DNA from: Spizellomyces punctatus DAOM BR117
Lineage: Eukaryota
Reading direction: 5' to 3' (one strand)
DNA: 64,000 nucleotides
Assembly (NCBI GenBank): GCA_000182565.2
Contig: KQ257455.1
The position numbers and the translations under genes were made by a program. The first letter of the stretch is position 1. Every line of letters starts with the position of its first letter. Below, in pieces: positions 1-12,502 of this stretch. The notes beneath the pieces are model-generated. The model saw only the letters and a list, made by a program, of their open reading frames with translations, did no database searches and was not told where the DNA came from.

Positions 1-2063
1 CATTCTGGTAAATTTGAAGTTGGTTAAGCATGACTTGCCTCCGTTTTTAAGTTATCTATGCGAATCTACCAACCTTCTGTGCAATGCTGGAGAATTTTGG
101 ATCGTAGTTTTCCATAACAACTTGTGCCATCCTTTCTGGAGGAATATCATCCACGTAGGTGTACTTTCCTGGATATATTCCATCCGTGTTCAAGTTGTCA
201 GCATCGCAAAATATGAATTCGCCTTTCAGTGACCCTGGGAAGCCTGAGACAACGTCTGCAGAAGATGATGCCGAGGAACCTGTATCGGCATTTTTCAATT
301 CACTGTAGGAAATCACGGGCGGTTGAACGGTCTGTGGCGCGGACGAAATCTTGAGAGCGGAAGAAAGAGGGGGAAGGGAAGCTGGGCCACAAATGCGTCC
401 AGCAACAGCCGAAGCAGCGACCACAGCTAAGGATTCCGTTAGCAGCTGGCTGGTAGTGACGTAACGCCTAGATCTTACCTGGTGATGACAGGTAGGCTTG
501 TGCATTGGGAGACCCCATCCTTCCTTTGTAGTTCCGGTTCGTTGCCGAAATTCCAACTTCATTATCCTTCAAAAGCCCTGCGCCCAAACCTACATGCAAA
601 GGTTGCGTTAGGAAATATCCGATCGTCAATTGGAGCGTATGTATCACGTACCAATACACGGTCCACAACCAGCAGGTAAAGGCTTGGCACCTGCACGAAG
701 CAGCTCTGCCCAGTCACCACTAGCTTCCACGTCACGCTGCACCTCGCTCGACGCTGCTGCAATGTAAAATTCCACGCCTTCTGCCACCGTTCTACCTTTC
801 AAAACGCGAGCCGCTGCTCTCAAGTCGCTTGCGCGCGAGTTTACACATGAGACAAGATAGGCTTTGTGGATGGCAATGTTCCTTTTCTCTAGTTCCGTTA
901 ATGGGGTAGCAAGCTTTACCGAGTTGGGCCCAGACACATATGGAGACACAGTAGCGAGATCCAGAGTCAAATGCTTTGCATACCGCGCGCCAGGGTCAGA
1001 GCGAATCGGGTTTTCAAGAAGCTTCTTGATGCGCTCTACATTGATACGTGGATGTTTGCCTTCACGAGACCGCTCAAGCTGGACGGCGCGCTTTAGGAGC
1101 CAATCGGCAGTAACTTCGTCAACGGGAAATACTCCAGCCAACGCTCCCCATTCCGTTGTCATGTTCGCAATTGTCAACCTGTCGTCCACAGTGAGTCCGG
1201 CCATACCTTTCTCACCGGTGAACTCGATCGCGGTGTTGAGGACCTCATCCTTGTTGAACAGCCCACAGAGAGTGACAATGATGTCCTTTCCGGTCACACC
1301 TTCCGGTAAGGAGTTTAGAAATTCCACTTTGGCAACGGGTGGAATTTGCCACCATGTGCGCCCTGTTGCCCAGATTGCTGCCGCATCAGTTCGTACGATT
1401 GGAGTACCCAGAGCGCCGATTCCACCGTACATGTTTGAGTGCGAATCCGAGGCAACAGTCATGGCGTACGGGAAGGCATAACCCTCTTCGATCAGGATCT
1501 GATGTCCAATTCCTCGCCCTGCTGGGTAAAAGTCTACGCCATGATTCTTTGCAAATTCCTGTATCGATCGGTACTTGAGCAAGTTCTGATACAATAACAT
1601 GTTGTGAGTCTCTAAATTTTGTGCCATCGACAGATTAACACGCGCCCGCTGACCTTTTCGGTCTTGTTCTGGACGTCATGATCAAGAGTAAAAACAGGCT
1701 GCTTGGGATTCTTGAATTTTCCTGCCCCAATGCTCTTGAATCTGAGACAGCCCATTTAATTTTCATTCTCCACAGACAAACTGAGAACCCAACGATCTCT
1801 GATCTCCTTACTCACTTGCTGATAACCGCGGCGGTATTATCATGTGTCATGACATGCTCTGGTGAAATGCTCACAAAGTCCCCTTGCAGAACCTTGTGCT
1901 CGGGATGTGGAAGGTCGACAGCATATCTTTGTACAATTTTCTCGATAACGTTTTGAGGCGAGACACGGGAGGAGGCAAAGGTCGCAAGATGCCGGGGACG
2001 ATGGATCCATGGCCCAACCGATACCCCGCCGCAGCGCGACGTTCTGATGCAAGCGGATAGCAT
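1..2063 (-). CDS. LYS4: Homoaconitase, mitochondrial (multi-exon; 3' end runs off the window)
   Basis: ATG at 2063 ([10 protein letters not shown] presequence). Motifs [43 protein letters not shown] and [15 protein letters not shown] are typical of homoaconitase. Confidence 0.95.
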
Positions 2064-2184
2064 AGTGAAATGTGGCAAACGAGATGTTCGTTCAACCAGC
2101 AGTAGCCCAAAGCCCAAACGATGGAAACCTCCCGATCCATAGCTGCTTAGATAATACTTGGAGATCATCGCCTGAATTGCGATC

Positions 2185-2194
2185 AGCCAATCAG
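2185..2194. promoter_or_regulatory. CCAAT box (AGCCAATCAG) in the divergent LYS4/GRP promoter
   Basis: Full match to the NF-Y/HAP consensus in a ~255 bp divergent intergenic region. Confidence 0.5.
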
Positions 2195-2317
2195 AAGCTA
2201 ATGCGCCACATAAGGCGCAAGGAGAAAAAAGAAATTTTGGGCGCCTTTAACGCTTCGTTTCCTTCTTTCCAACGGCCTTTTTCCCCATCTCTCCCTCGTC
2301 TCCATCTCATCATCACA

Positions 2318-3254
2318 ATGGCAACCAAAGTTTTTGTTGGAAACCTTTCCTGGTCGACTACCGACGACACTCTGCACTCTGCGTTCTCTACCTATGGTGA
2401 AATTACTGACGCTGTCGTTTTGAAGGATCGCGAGACTGGTTAGAGTTGATTCCATTTGTTTCTCTGTTTGTGATGTGTCTATGAGTGGTATTGGGGATAC
2501 CCAGTGTTCTTGGGTGCGCGCTCTTTCGTGGTCTGTGCTTGCTGTTGCTTGCTGGTTGATGTCCATTGTAGCGGCCCGAGAACTACTTTTTTAATAGAGA
2601 GCGTTGTGACCGAATCCGAGATTTGTCCAATTGGCTCGTGTGAACGTTGTGGTGAAATGTGTGCGCTGTGTCTGTCGTACCTCGTGCTCTTTCCTTTGCA
2701 TTCCTGCTTGGCTTGTTTGCATCCACATACTTCTTTTGGCTGGGCTCCCGACCGGATGTCGATTGAACACGTATCCTCCCTACTCCCTTGACCATCAAAT
2801 CCCGCATCACTGGTTCCCATGGACTATGGAGCTGTTGTCTGAACATGTCATCACTATAATAGGCCGTTCTCGTGGTTTCGGTTTCGTAACTTTTGCTGGT
2901 GAGGACCAAGCTCAAGCTGCTATCCAGGGCATGAACGACCAAGAGTTGGACGGTCGTACTGTCCGCGTCAACCTTGCCAACGAAAGGTATTTGTCAAATG
3001 CAGTGCCTCTGGCATCTACTAGATCGTAACAGTTGTGCATATTCTAGACCTCCCAACAGCGGTGGTGGTTTCCGTGGCGGACGTGGTGGTAGCTACGGTG
3101 GCCGTGGTGGTTACGGTGGTGGTGGTTACGGCGGCGGCTACGGTGGAAACGGTGGTGGCTACGGTGGTGGTTACAGGTAAGCAACGAACTTTGTGCATCT
3201 TGGTCTATTTATTGTATTGATGCCAATCTCTCCCTTTCCAGCGGCGGCTACTAA
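2318..3254 (+). CDS. Glycine-rich RRM RNA-binding protein (GRP7/CIRBP/RBM3-like)
   Basis: Exons 2318-2438, 2863-2986, 3048-3176, 3242-3254. RNP2 VFVGNL, RNP1 RGFGFVTF and an RGG/YGG tail. Confidence 0.95.
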
Positions 3255-3703
3255 GCGCTCCATGACCTGACTTTCAGCCTGTTCAGCGTGCACGACAAGA
3301 TTATTGGCCCGAGTATGACGTTACGAAACCATTTTTCTTATAGCTCGTTTTAAGCGAGTTTTTGTACATTGCATTGAGTGTCTGGTTGTCCTGTATAAGA
3401 ATGCTTTTTGCATTTTAAAAAGATTATTCAAACATGTGTGTGTGTGTTGTGATAAAGACTTGCGGCTGCTGCCGTCGTTGCTTTTCGTTGTCGTTTTCTT
3501 TGAGCTTTTGTCGTTGTGAAGCGGGTGTTTGTCAACCGCCAAAATTGCCCAACGGAGCGCCGGGACAAGTCGGCGGAACGCGCCGGCGTCTCAGGCTTTG
3601 ACAACTTTGTTGCCTTGCCACCAACGAAGCTGCGATTTTCAAATCTTTCTAGATTGCATCAGCCTCTTTACCTTTTCACTGTACAATAATACGACACGCA
3701 GCC

Positions 3704-5075
3704 ATGGCTTCTGAAGATGCAACCAAGCGCGAGGATCTTCGTACCGACTTTGTGACTCTCACAAACGACATTCTTCAACGGCAACAACACCAACCGCAAG
3801 CGAAGGGAGATCTCACCATTCTCCTCTCTGCCATCTCCTCCGCGTGCAAGTGGATTTCCAATGTTGTGCGAAAAGCAGAACTCTTGAAAGTGTGAGTTGC
3901 CATGTTGACCTCCAAGGACAATTGGACATGCGGGTAACACTTTAATCCTCTAGCATTGGCGTCACTGGTGGAACCAATGTCCAGAATGAAAACGTCCAAA
4001 AGCTTGATATCTTGTCTAACCAGATCATGTGCAACCTTCTCCGCGACTCTGGAAAGACTGCCATCCTTGTCTCTGAAGAGGATGACGACGCCATCTTCAT
4101 CGAGGATGGCAAGAAAGGATTCTACTGTGTTTGCTTTGACCCACTCGATGGTTCGTCCAACATCGACTGTGGTGTCTCTATTGGAACGATCTTTGGGATC
4201 TACCGTGTGGTGAGTGAAAGAAGGCTTTTGGTGCAAAGGAGTGGTCAGACATAATCATTGGTTATTGTCATTCATCAGAAGGATACCCACGGCAAACCGA
4301 GCCTTGCGGACGTTCTGCGACCGGGAACAGAGATGGTCGCTGCTGGTACGTTCCTGTGCTGGTGCAGGTTTCTGGCAAAAGATTGACTATTAAATTCGTC
4401 CAGGCTACTGTATGTACGGAAGTTCGACAGTGTTGGTGCTGACCTTCCAAGGATCAAATGAAGTCAATGGGTACACCCTTGACCCTCACATTGGAGAGTT
4501 TGTTCTCACACACCGTAACGTAAGGGCTTTGCCATAATGCATGTAATTTTGTCATCGAGAGAGCTGATGATGCATCTCTTCATGGAGCACAGATGAAGCT
4601 GGGCAAGAAGAAGATTTACTCTATCAACGAAGGAAACGAATCAACCTTTGATGACGCCATCAAGGGCTACTTGAAGTCCGTCAAGTACCCACCGCCAGGC
4701 CACACTGGCAAGTTCACTCCTTACTCTGCACGTTATGTTGGAAGTATGGTTGCTGATGTGAGTGTGGGGGTGGTCAATGCCGTTGAGTGTGCTAGTTGCA
4801 AATGTTAATCCTTTGGTTCATTATAGGTTCACCGGACAATTTTGTACGGAGGCATCTTTATGTACCCCGGAGGAAAGCTGCGTATTTTGTATGAATGCTT
4901 TCCAATGTCGCTTTTGGTTGAAGCTGCCGGTGGAAAGGCGTCTACTGGCCGCAAGAGAATGTTGGAAGTGACTCCAGAGTCTCTTCACGCACGATCAGGT
5001 ATCATTTTGGGAACGAAGGAAGAGGTGGACAAGGTTGAGGAATTGTATAAACAGCTCGATGCCGCCAAGCAGTAG
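3704..5075 (+). CDS. FBP1: Fructose-1,6-bisphosphatase class 1
   Basis: Motifs [37 protein letters not shown] and GKLRILYEC; multi-exon. Confidence 0.95.
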
Positions 5076-5440
5076 AATGTATTGCTATTCCGTTTGGTAC
5101 TAGAGTTTGCAAAATCGTAATATGGTTTTCTATACATTTGTTCAACAAGATGCAATCCAACATGCGCTGTTGCTTTTATCTTAAGAAATGCTCGCCGCCG
5201 TGGTAAAAGTCAAGCCCTTCCAAAGGGAAATCGCGCGGACGCTAATTTGTTCCAGTTACAACTCGCCACAATTTAATGGCCAGACGACACCCGCCGCGCG
5301 TTTTGGCAAGTTTAACCCGACAACGGTGTGCGAGGTGGTTACTTTTTCTTTCGAGGTTTGACCTGACTGTGGCAGACGTTTGACCAGATTAGGGCGTGTG
5401 AACGTTTTGCCCGTTTTCCTCTCCTCCTCATTTCACATTC

Positions 5441-8400
5441 ATGCTCCGTGCAAATCCTCCGTTGCGAGCAGGGCGAAGGGCAGCGACATGGTGTTCGCGC
5501 CAAACCTTTCCTGCTTCCTGCAGTGCCCGTTACGCAACGGCGACGTCGAGCAAGCCGATATTGTCGGTGGGCATTCGAAGGGAAGCCAAGAATAGGTGGG
5601 AACGCCGGGTGCCTCTCATGCCGGAACACGTCGAGAGGCTTGTGAAAGAGGTTGGGGCACAGGTGTATGTGCAGCCAAGCACGAAAAGGGTGGTTCCCGA
5701 CGAAAAGTATCAGCAGGTAATTGGCAGTATGAACATCATTGAGGCACTGATTTGCATCTATCACTTCTGACATCCGTTTCAAAATCCCAAGGCTGGTGCT
5801 ATCATCCAGGAAGATCTATCCGTTGCAGACATTATCGTTGGTGTCAAGGAAGTTCCCATTGAACAATTGATTGAAAACAAGACGTACCTTTTCTTCTCGC
5901 ATACGCATAAGGGCCAAAAATACAATATGCCGCTCCTCCAAGCAATCTTGGACAAGGTAAACCTTGATGGCATTTTGCATTCTGTACAGTGACTTACTAT
6001 AATATGTACAAAGCGGATTCGATTGATTGACTATGAGCTCATGACCAACGAGCATAAGCGGCGATTGGTGCAATTCAGTCGGTTTGCGGGTTACGCAGGC
6101 ATGATCGACGGGATGCACGGTTTGGGACACCGGTTACTTGCCCTAGGATATGGAAATCCGTTCTTGGTATGTATCGTGAATGCTTTGAATGGGATGCTGA
6201 GACTGATGGTTGACTACATTCTCCCTATTCAGGCTATTGGAATGTCGTACATGTATCGAACACTGGCAGACGCCAGGTTGGACGTAACACGTACCGGTCA
6301 AGTCATCATGGACGATGGATTGCCGAGACAGATGGGTCCCATGTCTTTTGTTTTCACAGGCGATGGCAATGTTGCTCGGGTTAGTAAAAATCTATTCCTT
6401 CTATCTCACACTCTTCCGTGGTGATTGAGCGTTGATCTTTACTCTTGTTGTTCGTTGATATTGCAGGGAGCAATGCACGTCTTCAAATGTTTACCTCATG
6501 AATGGGTTAGTCCGGATGAGCTGAAGGATCTGTACAATAGCAACAGTGCGTATTGGGCTGGCACATGGATAATGTAACACGTATGATTGCTCAAATGATT
6601 TGCCCTTCTAGGTTGGAGCAATCACCGGGTATATGGATGTCAAGTGAGAACACAAGATTATCTCGTGCGAAAGGATGGCTGGAAGTTTGATCGGGAACAC
6701 TATCGTGAGCATCCCGAGCAGTACATGTCCGTCTTCCACGAAAAGGTGTGGCCTATCTTTCGGTTATTTTCTCTGATCTCATCAATACCCCAACCGTTGC
6801 TAAGAGTTTGACCACTGCAGGTTGCACCTTACACCAATGTCCTTGTAAATGGTATATTCTGGGATCACCGCTATCCTCGTTTATTGACCAGCGAGCAAGC
6901 GCGACAGCTCGCTCACGAGGATCGCTTGCGTATGCTCACCGTTGCAGATGTTTCCTGCGATATAAATGTAGGTCATCGGAAGAACGTTGAACTCATTGGC
7001 GTTTGGGATCATTTGTTTATATGTTGCGTCCCGTTAGGGTTCACTGGAGTTTATGAGCCATTCGTCCACCATTGATAACCCATTTTTCATGTACGATCCA
7101 GCAACTGGAAAAACTCACCACAAGTGAGTAAGAAGGTGAAATATCTCTTCGGGCTGGTTTTTCTGATTCCCTTGGTAGTATGGAAGGGAAAGGGGTACAA
7201 ATCATGTCCATAGACAATCTGCCAACAGAATTGCCTCTTGAAGCCAGCGAATATTTTAGCAACGCGCTCTTTCCGTTTATCAACCAGCTGGTACGCTCAC
7301 TGGATGTCGATACGTATTTTCTGTTTCTTTGAAGTAACATGTGCGAAAAAAGGTTCAAGGCAACTATGATCACCCCGTTCTGAAACGAGCAACTGTCGCT
7401 ACCTCAGAGGGGAAACTGGCGCCGGCCCGTACGAAACTCTACGACGTCTTGGCAAAGCATGGGTATGTGCTGTGCTGCCAAAGCTTGACTGTAAGCATGC
7501 TAATGTCCCACTCGCATATGTAGTCAAGGGATCAAAGTGAAAGCAAACCAGCGGGTTCTCCTCCTGGGATCAGGTTTCGTGTCGGCACCCCTGGTGGACT
7601 ATCTGCTTCGTGCACCAAACCGATCGGTTACAATTGGTATGTTACCAAATGGACCTACTGACGATATGACGTGGAGACAGCGAGTGCTTAAATATGTGGT
7701 TTAGCTAGCAACATGCCAAAAGAAGCGAAAGAGCTCTCCAAAGATCGAAAGAACGCACCGATTACGGGTTTGAATGTCGCCGATAAGGACGCCCTCTCTG
7801 AGCTTGTGTCGCAGCATGACCTTGTTGTCAGGTGTGTACCTTTCAGCTTCACATGCCACGCATGTAATATACTCAGTATGCTTTCGCAGTTTCGTCCCCG
7901 CTTCTTTGCACCCGGCGGTCGCGGAAGCGTGCATCCAACGCAAGAAAAACATGGTCACTGCCAGCTACATTTCACCTGAGATAACTGCTCTCGATAAGCG
8001 GTATGCTTCATATATTATTCTTCATACAAATGCGTCAGCGCATAATCCATTATTATCCTGTTAGAGTAAAGAACGCTGGCATTACCATCCTAAACGAAGT
8101 TGGACTTGACCCCGGAATCGATCACTTGACAGCCATGAAAATGTTTGACGAGGTCCGGGAGCAAGGAGGGCGAATCACATCCTTTGTCTCCTGGTGCGGA
8201 GGATTGCCAGCTCCTGAAGCCTCAGATAATCCTCTTGGATACAAATTTAGCTGGAGCCCCAAAGGAGTCCTTCTTGCTGGATTGAATTCGGCTCGGTTCA
8301 AGATGAATGGAAAGGTCAGACTCCCTTTCGCTCTATCCTATTCAACGTTGCAAGTATCCTAATTCAAAGCAATTGCGGGTTCCAGCTGACTGAGATAAAC

Positions 8401-9399
8401 GGATCTGACCTACTAAAGTCTGCTGTTGATGTTCCCATGTACAAAGGTTTTGCCCTGGAAGGTCTACCCAACCGTGATTCCTTAAAGTACGTTGATATGT
8501 ACAATTTGGGCGACATTAAGAATATGGATACCATGTTTCGTGGCACGCTGAGGTACAAGGTATGCATACCCATTTGCGCGCGACTTTTGTATGGGATTTG
8601 GAAGATGACATCTGGATTCGGACAGGGATATTGTGCTTTGATGGCAGCGTTCAAGGACATTGGACTCTTGAACACTGAGCGACGAAACGATATTCAGGGA
8701 GGCTTGTCCTGGGTAAGCTGACAACCAGCGATCCTTCTCAATCAATTGCTCACTGTCATTGCTACAGAGTGAATTGATGGAGTCCATGTTGGGCAAGAAG
8801 GGCGACCGACGACAAGCCTTGGCGGCCAAGCTCTCGCTCAGCCCCCAAAACCCGGAACACGCCGCGCGGCTCGAGACGGTCGTGGGCGCTCTTGAGTGGT
8901 GATTATCATCATTGTTCTCACTTTCGTCCCCTGCTTTGCTCAACATTGATATTGTAGGCTCGGCATGCTCTCAGAAGATACACCTGTCGCTCCCTCTGAG
9001 ACCGTCCTAGACGCTTTCTGCGCTCTCCTCCAAAGTCGCCTGGTGTACGGACTCGGTGAACGTGATATGGTAGCAATGCACCACGAATTTGGCATTCAGT
9101 GGCGAAACGGTTCCAAGGAGAAACGGACGTCCACCCTTGTCGCGTACGGTGATCCCAATTCTTATTCGGCAATGGCTAAAACTGTTGGCCTTCCGGCTGC
9201 CATTGGGGCGGAGATGCTTTTGGATGGTGAGCTTCATCTTTTCCAAGCAGCGTGGGACACTTACACTAATAACGAGTCTACAGGCAACTTGACGAGAAAG
9301 GGTGTGATTGCACCAATGACAAAAGATATTTATGAGCCTATGCTCGTCAAATTAGAAGAGGAGGGTATTCGCTTCGTAGAGGCAGTTGCCAAGTTGTAG
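5441..9399 (+). CDS. AASS: Bifunctional lysine-ketoglutarate reductase / saccharopine dehydrogenase (alpha-aminoadipic semialdehyde synthase)
   Basis: Arg-rich presequence. LKR domain: GIRRE..NRWERRVPL, IDYE, SIDNLP. It splices in frame to an SDH domain: VLLLGSGFV, EVGLDPGIDH, WCGGLPAPE, FSWSP, AMAKTVG. Confidence 0.93.
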
Positions 9400-9712
9400 A
9401 TGTAGTCAATGGAATATCGCAAGTATGTAATATATAGATGACATTGAAAACAGTTGTTAGAAACAACCAGTTGCTGACCCGGCAATGTGGTTTTCCGTAC
9501 CAAGACGGATATGCTGGGATTCCATGTATGCTGATACACGAAGATGAGGGGATCTACGCTATTACTAACTACTTTTGCCCCATTGTCACCTAACGACTAA
9601 TGGAGGGTCTAAGAAACATTGATATCCTGTAACATGGCATTACGGTAAATTGTCCAAAAATAGTCCAAGTCACTAACAGAGTATCCATAGCGCGTCTCAT
9701 CCCACTCTATCT

Positions 9713-10356
9713 CTACGCAAGAGGTGCTAGAGGCTTCAACCCTCGGGCCGCCCGCTTCGCTTCCCAATCTTTAACCGCAGACTTTATGGCATCCTCTGCC
9801 AACACTGTCAATAGCGCCGACTATCAGCCAAACGAACCCAGATGAATGAATACAAAATATCACTTACTAGAACAATGCAACTTGACAGGCGGCAAAGACA
9901 GCTCTTTTGCAATATCCGTATTTGTAATCTTTTTTGCATCCCATACTTTCAACCCCTTGATCTTCTCCGTCGCCAATGAACTACTAGCAATCGCCGATCC
10001 ACATCCAAATGTTTTGAACTTGACTTCTTGTATTTCCCCCGTCGCTTCGTCCACCATTATTTGCAACTTCATAACATCGCCGCAAGCTGGTGCTCCGACG
10101 AGCCCCGTGCCAACATTTGGATCGTTTTTCGAAAGGGATCCGACATTTCGGGGGCGCTCATAATGATCTATCACCTAAAGCCTCGCCTCGTTAGACGTTT
10201 TCCAGTACATGACTCAAACAAGCAAACGGAACCGATAGAAACCTTTTCGTGATATTGTCGACATTGCGACAGCGTTGAAGTGGTGCTCAACACCGACCTT
10301 CGAGCTGTTCTTGTCGTCGATCGGCACAGCGAGCCTCTAGCTGCGTTCAGGAACAT
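9713..10356 (-). CDS. ISU1: Fe-S cluster scaffold IscU, mitochondrial
   Basis: YHEKVIDHYERPRNVG, GAPACGDVMKLQI, KTFGCGSAIASSS, LPPVKLHCS; 3 exons. Confidence 0.97.
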
Positions 10357-10577
10357 GGCAGCGGTACAAAGAGGAAGGGAAGAAGGGATAACGGGTGGCA
10401 GATGGACGACGGGGTTGGAAAGACAAACGCAAACAAGATTGATCGGCTTAGGAAATTTATCCGTAGAATAAGCACTAGAGCCGGTTCGAGGGAGTCAATT
10501 TATTCTAATAAAACGGAACTTTTCTTCCCCGTTCGACGGGCATGTGTTCGCCCGTGTTGTGCGGCAGATCAGTCAAA

Positions 10578-11129
10578 ATGGTACGTTGAAAGCTTACAGG
10601 ATTTGGAGGAATTTGAAGAGGGACGAAGGATGGAATAGCATCAATACCTTATCTACATTGCCTGAAAACCAATGTTGAAACAAACTATCATGCGCTGACG
10701 TTCATGTGGAGAGAGATGATGGCTACAGTTTTGTTTGTTCACTTCTCTAACCTCTCACTCTGTAGATCCGCCCAACAAGCGCACAAGCTGGATGTACTTG
10801 ACTACAGCAAGGTTCATCGGTTTGGTTATGACCAGAAACTTGTGTGCAACTTGACGATGATCTGGCTTTCCCGAAGACCGACGGCGGATGTATTCTCACC
10901 TCGTGCAGTACAGCGTCTTGCGGATAAGTCAAATCACCTCTCAATTGCACATGCTAGTCCATCTGGTGTTCCTGGTATTCAGCAGGTACGATATCGCATG
11001 ACCTATTTCAGTGACTGTTCTTTGCCCATGAGGCCGTGGACGTTACTTAGTTCTGGCGTGCAAGATAAAAAACAGCCCTCATATGCCATCGTTTTGTCGT
11101 CGGTCTCAGCGGTGGAAGTTGCGGCATGA
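10578..11129 (+). other. Spliced snoRNA host gene with small ORF(s); exons 10578-80, 10766-10811, 10877-10985, 11051-11129
   Basis: ATG|GTACGT donor, CTAAC branch point and TAG acceptor at 10765, plus two further 65-nt GT-AG introns. The spliced ORF is MIRPTSAQAGCT*. Confidence 0.6.
10621..10703 (+). ncRNA. Intronic box C/D snoRNA, snR62/U34-like (LSU rRNA 2'-O-methyl guide)
   Basis: Terminal stem GGACG/CGTTC, degenerate C box AGGATGG, D' box CTGA, C' box ATGTTGA and D box CTGA. The guide CCTTATCTACATTG before D' is complementary to the conserved LSU rRNA stretch (C)AAUGUAGAUAAGG; the +5 rule selects the U of AAUG. Confidence 0.8.
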
Positions 11130-11199
11130 CATTCCAGGATTCATCATCCATTGCTATTTATAAAAATCTCCCCAAAAAATATTTGAATAAATGAAAGTG

Positions 11200-12502
11200 C
11201 TAGTCTGAATCTTCTTCTGGTTGCTGTGCTTGTGCCTTTTTTCTTGCCAGATATCTCGCTCGAGCATCGGATACTGTCTCGTCCGTGGTCTTTCTTGCCA
11301 GCTTGCGAGCGAGTTCCTCTTGCTCCCTTTCCTTTCTTTTACGATCTTCTTCCTCCTTCTCCTGTTGCTGTCGTAGTACCAGCTCTCGTGCTCTCGCTTG
11401 CTGCTCTTTGGCTGCTCGTCTCTCCATCAACCGGGCCCTTTCCTCCTCCGCTTTCTTAGCTGCATACTGGCGTGCTTCCCGCTCCCGTTCCTCCCGCTCT
11501 TGCGCTTGTCGTTTGACAGTTCGTGATGTCAAATTGAGACCTCCTGACAAAAGTTGCCGCTTGTCGACCACTTCCTCTGAATCGTTCAGTTGAACAAGAC
11601 CTTTCCGTATTGCCTCCTTTTTTAGCGTATCATCTTGAATGTCCATCTCCTCTACCTCTTCCTGTGGCGTGTCATCCTTGTTCGTCTTTGGATTAATGAC
11701 CAGAGGATCCCGATCACTCTGATTCAAGATATCTCGATAAAACGCCGTCATATCTCCCCCCTTTGTGACATCCCTTTCCAATGCTTCTCGTCGCTTTTCT
11801 TCCTCCTCTATCCGCTTCAGCTCTGCTACTTGTTGTTTGTATGCTCCTGTAACAAATTTTTCCTTGTCTCCAAATTGCTCGCCTTCTTCTTCTCGTTCTC
11901 GTTGGACTTTACGCAACTCTGCTCGTTCCAATTCGATTTTGCGTTTAGCGGAGGCTTTGATGAGGGCGGCCATGTACCGTGGCTGTTGAACATGCAAACA
12001 AAGGTCATTGTTCATCCAGCTTAACAGAGATGTACGATCATCGCCTGACCTTCTTAACAATCCCGCCGTCGGGATTGTCTTTGCTTTTCTTCTTCTCCAA
12101 CTCTGCTCTTTTCAGGTCATCATACACAGCATCATAGTCAAACACACTAGGGTCTTCCTCTAACGCTTTCTTATGCTCCTCTTCTGCAAGCCGTGACCTT
12201 TGCGCCTGCACTGCCCTCAATTCCTTATTTACTCGCTTTTGCTCATCCGTTCTTCCACCAGCGCTTGCAGAGAAGCTAGTGATCGATTCGTCTTCCTGTT
12301 CTTGATCACTATCGGAATCTGGTGCCTCAAATACCTTTGCTCGCGAGAGCTTCTTGCCGAGAGTAAACTTTGTACCAGAAGCACCAGTGTTTGCAATTGT
12401 GTTCGCTGGAGGGTCCTTTTTGCCCTTGACAATTAGCCCGTACTTTGGCAATGCGGACCCGCTCTTGCTGGAGACATTCCGCAGGGACCCGTTAGAAGCC
12501 AT
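11200..12502 (-). CDS. NSRP1: Nuclear speckle splicing regulator NSRP1/CCDC55 (DUF2040)
   Basis: KYGL, ALEEDPSVFDYDAVYD, PRYMAAL, FGDKEKFVTGAYK, DARARYLARK; one intron near 11983-12049. Confidence 0.9.

Noticed and set aside
3061-3176. GGT/TAC tandem repeats
   Set aside because: Explained by the Gly/Tyr-rich coding tail.
10793-10895. Selenoprotein (C-x-UGA) with a SECIS
   Set aside because: No known selenoprotein context. The AUGA..GA candidate does not form helix II and straddles an intron.
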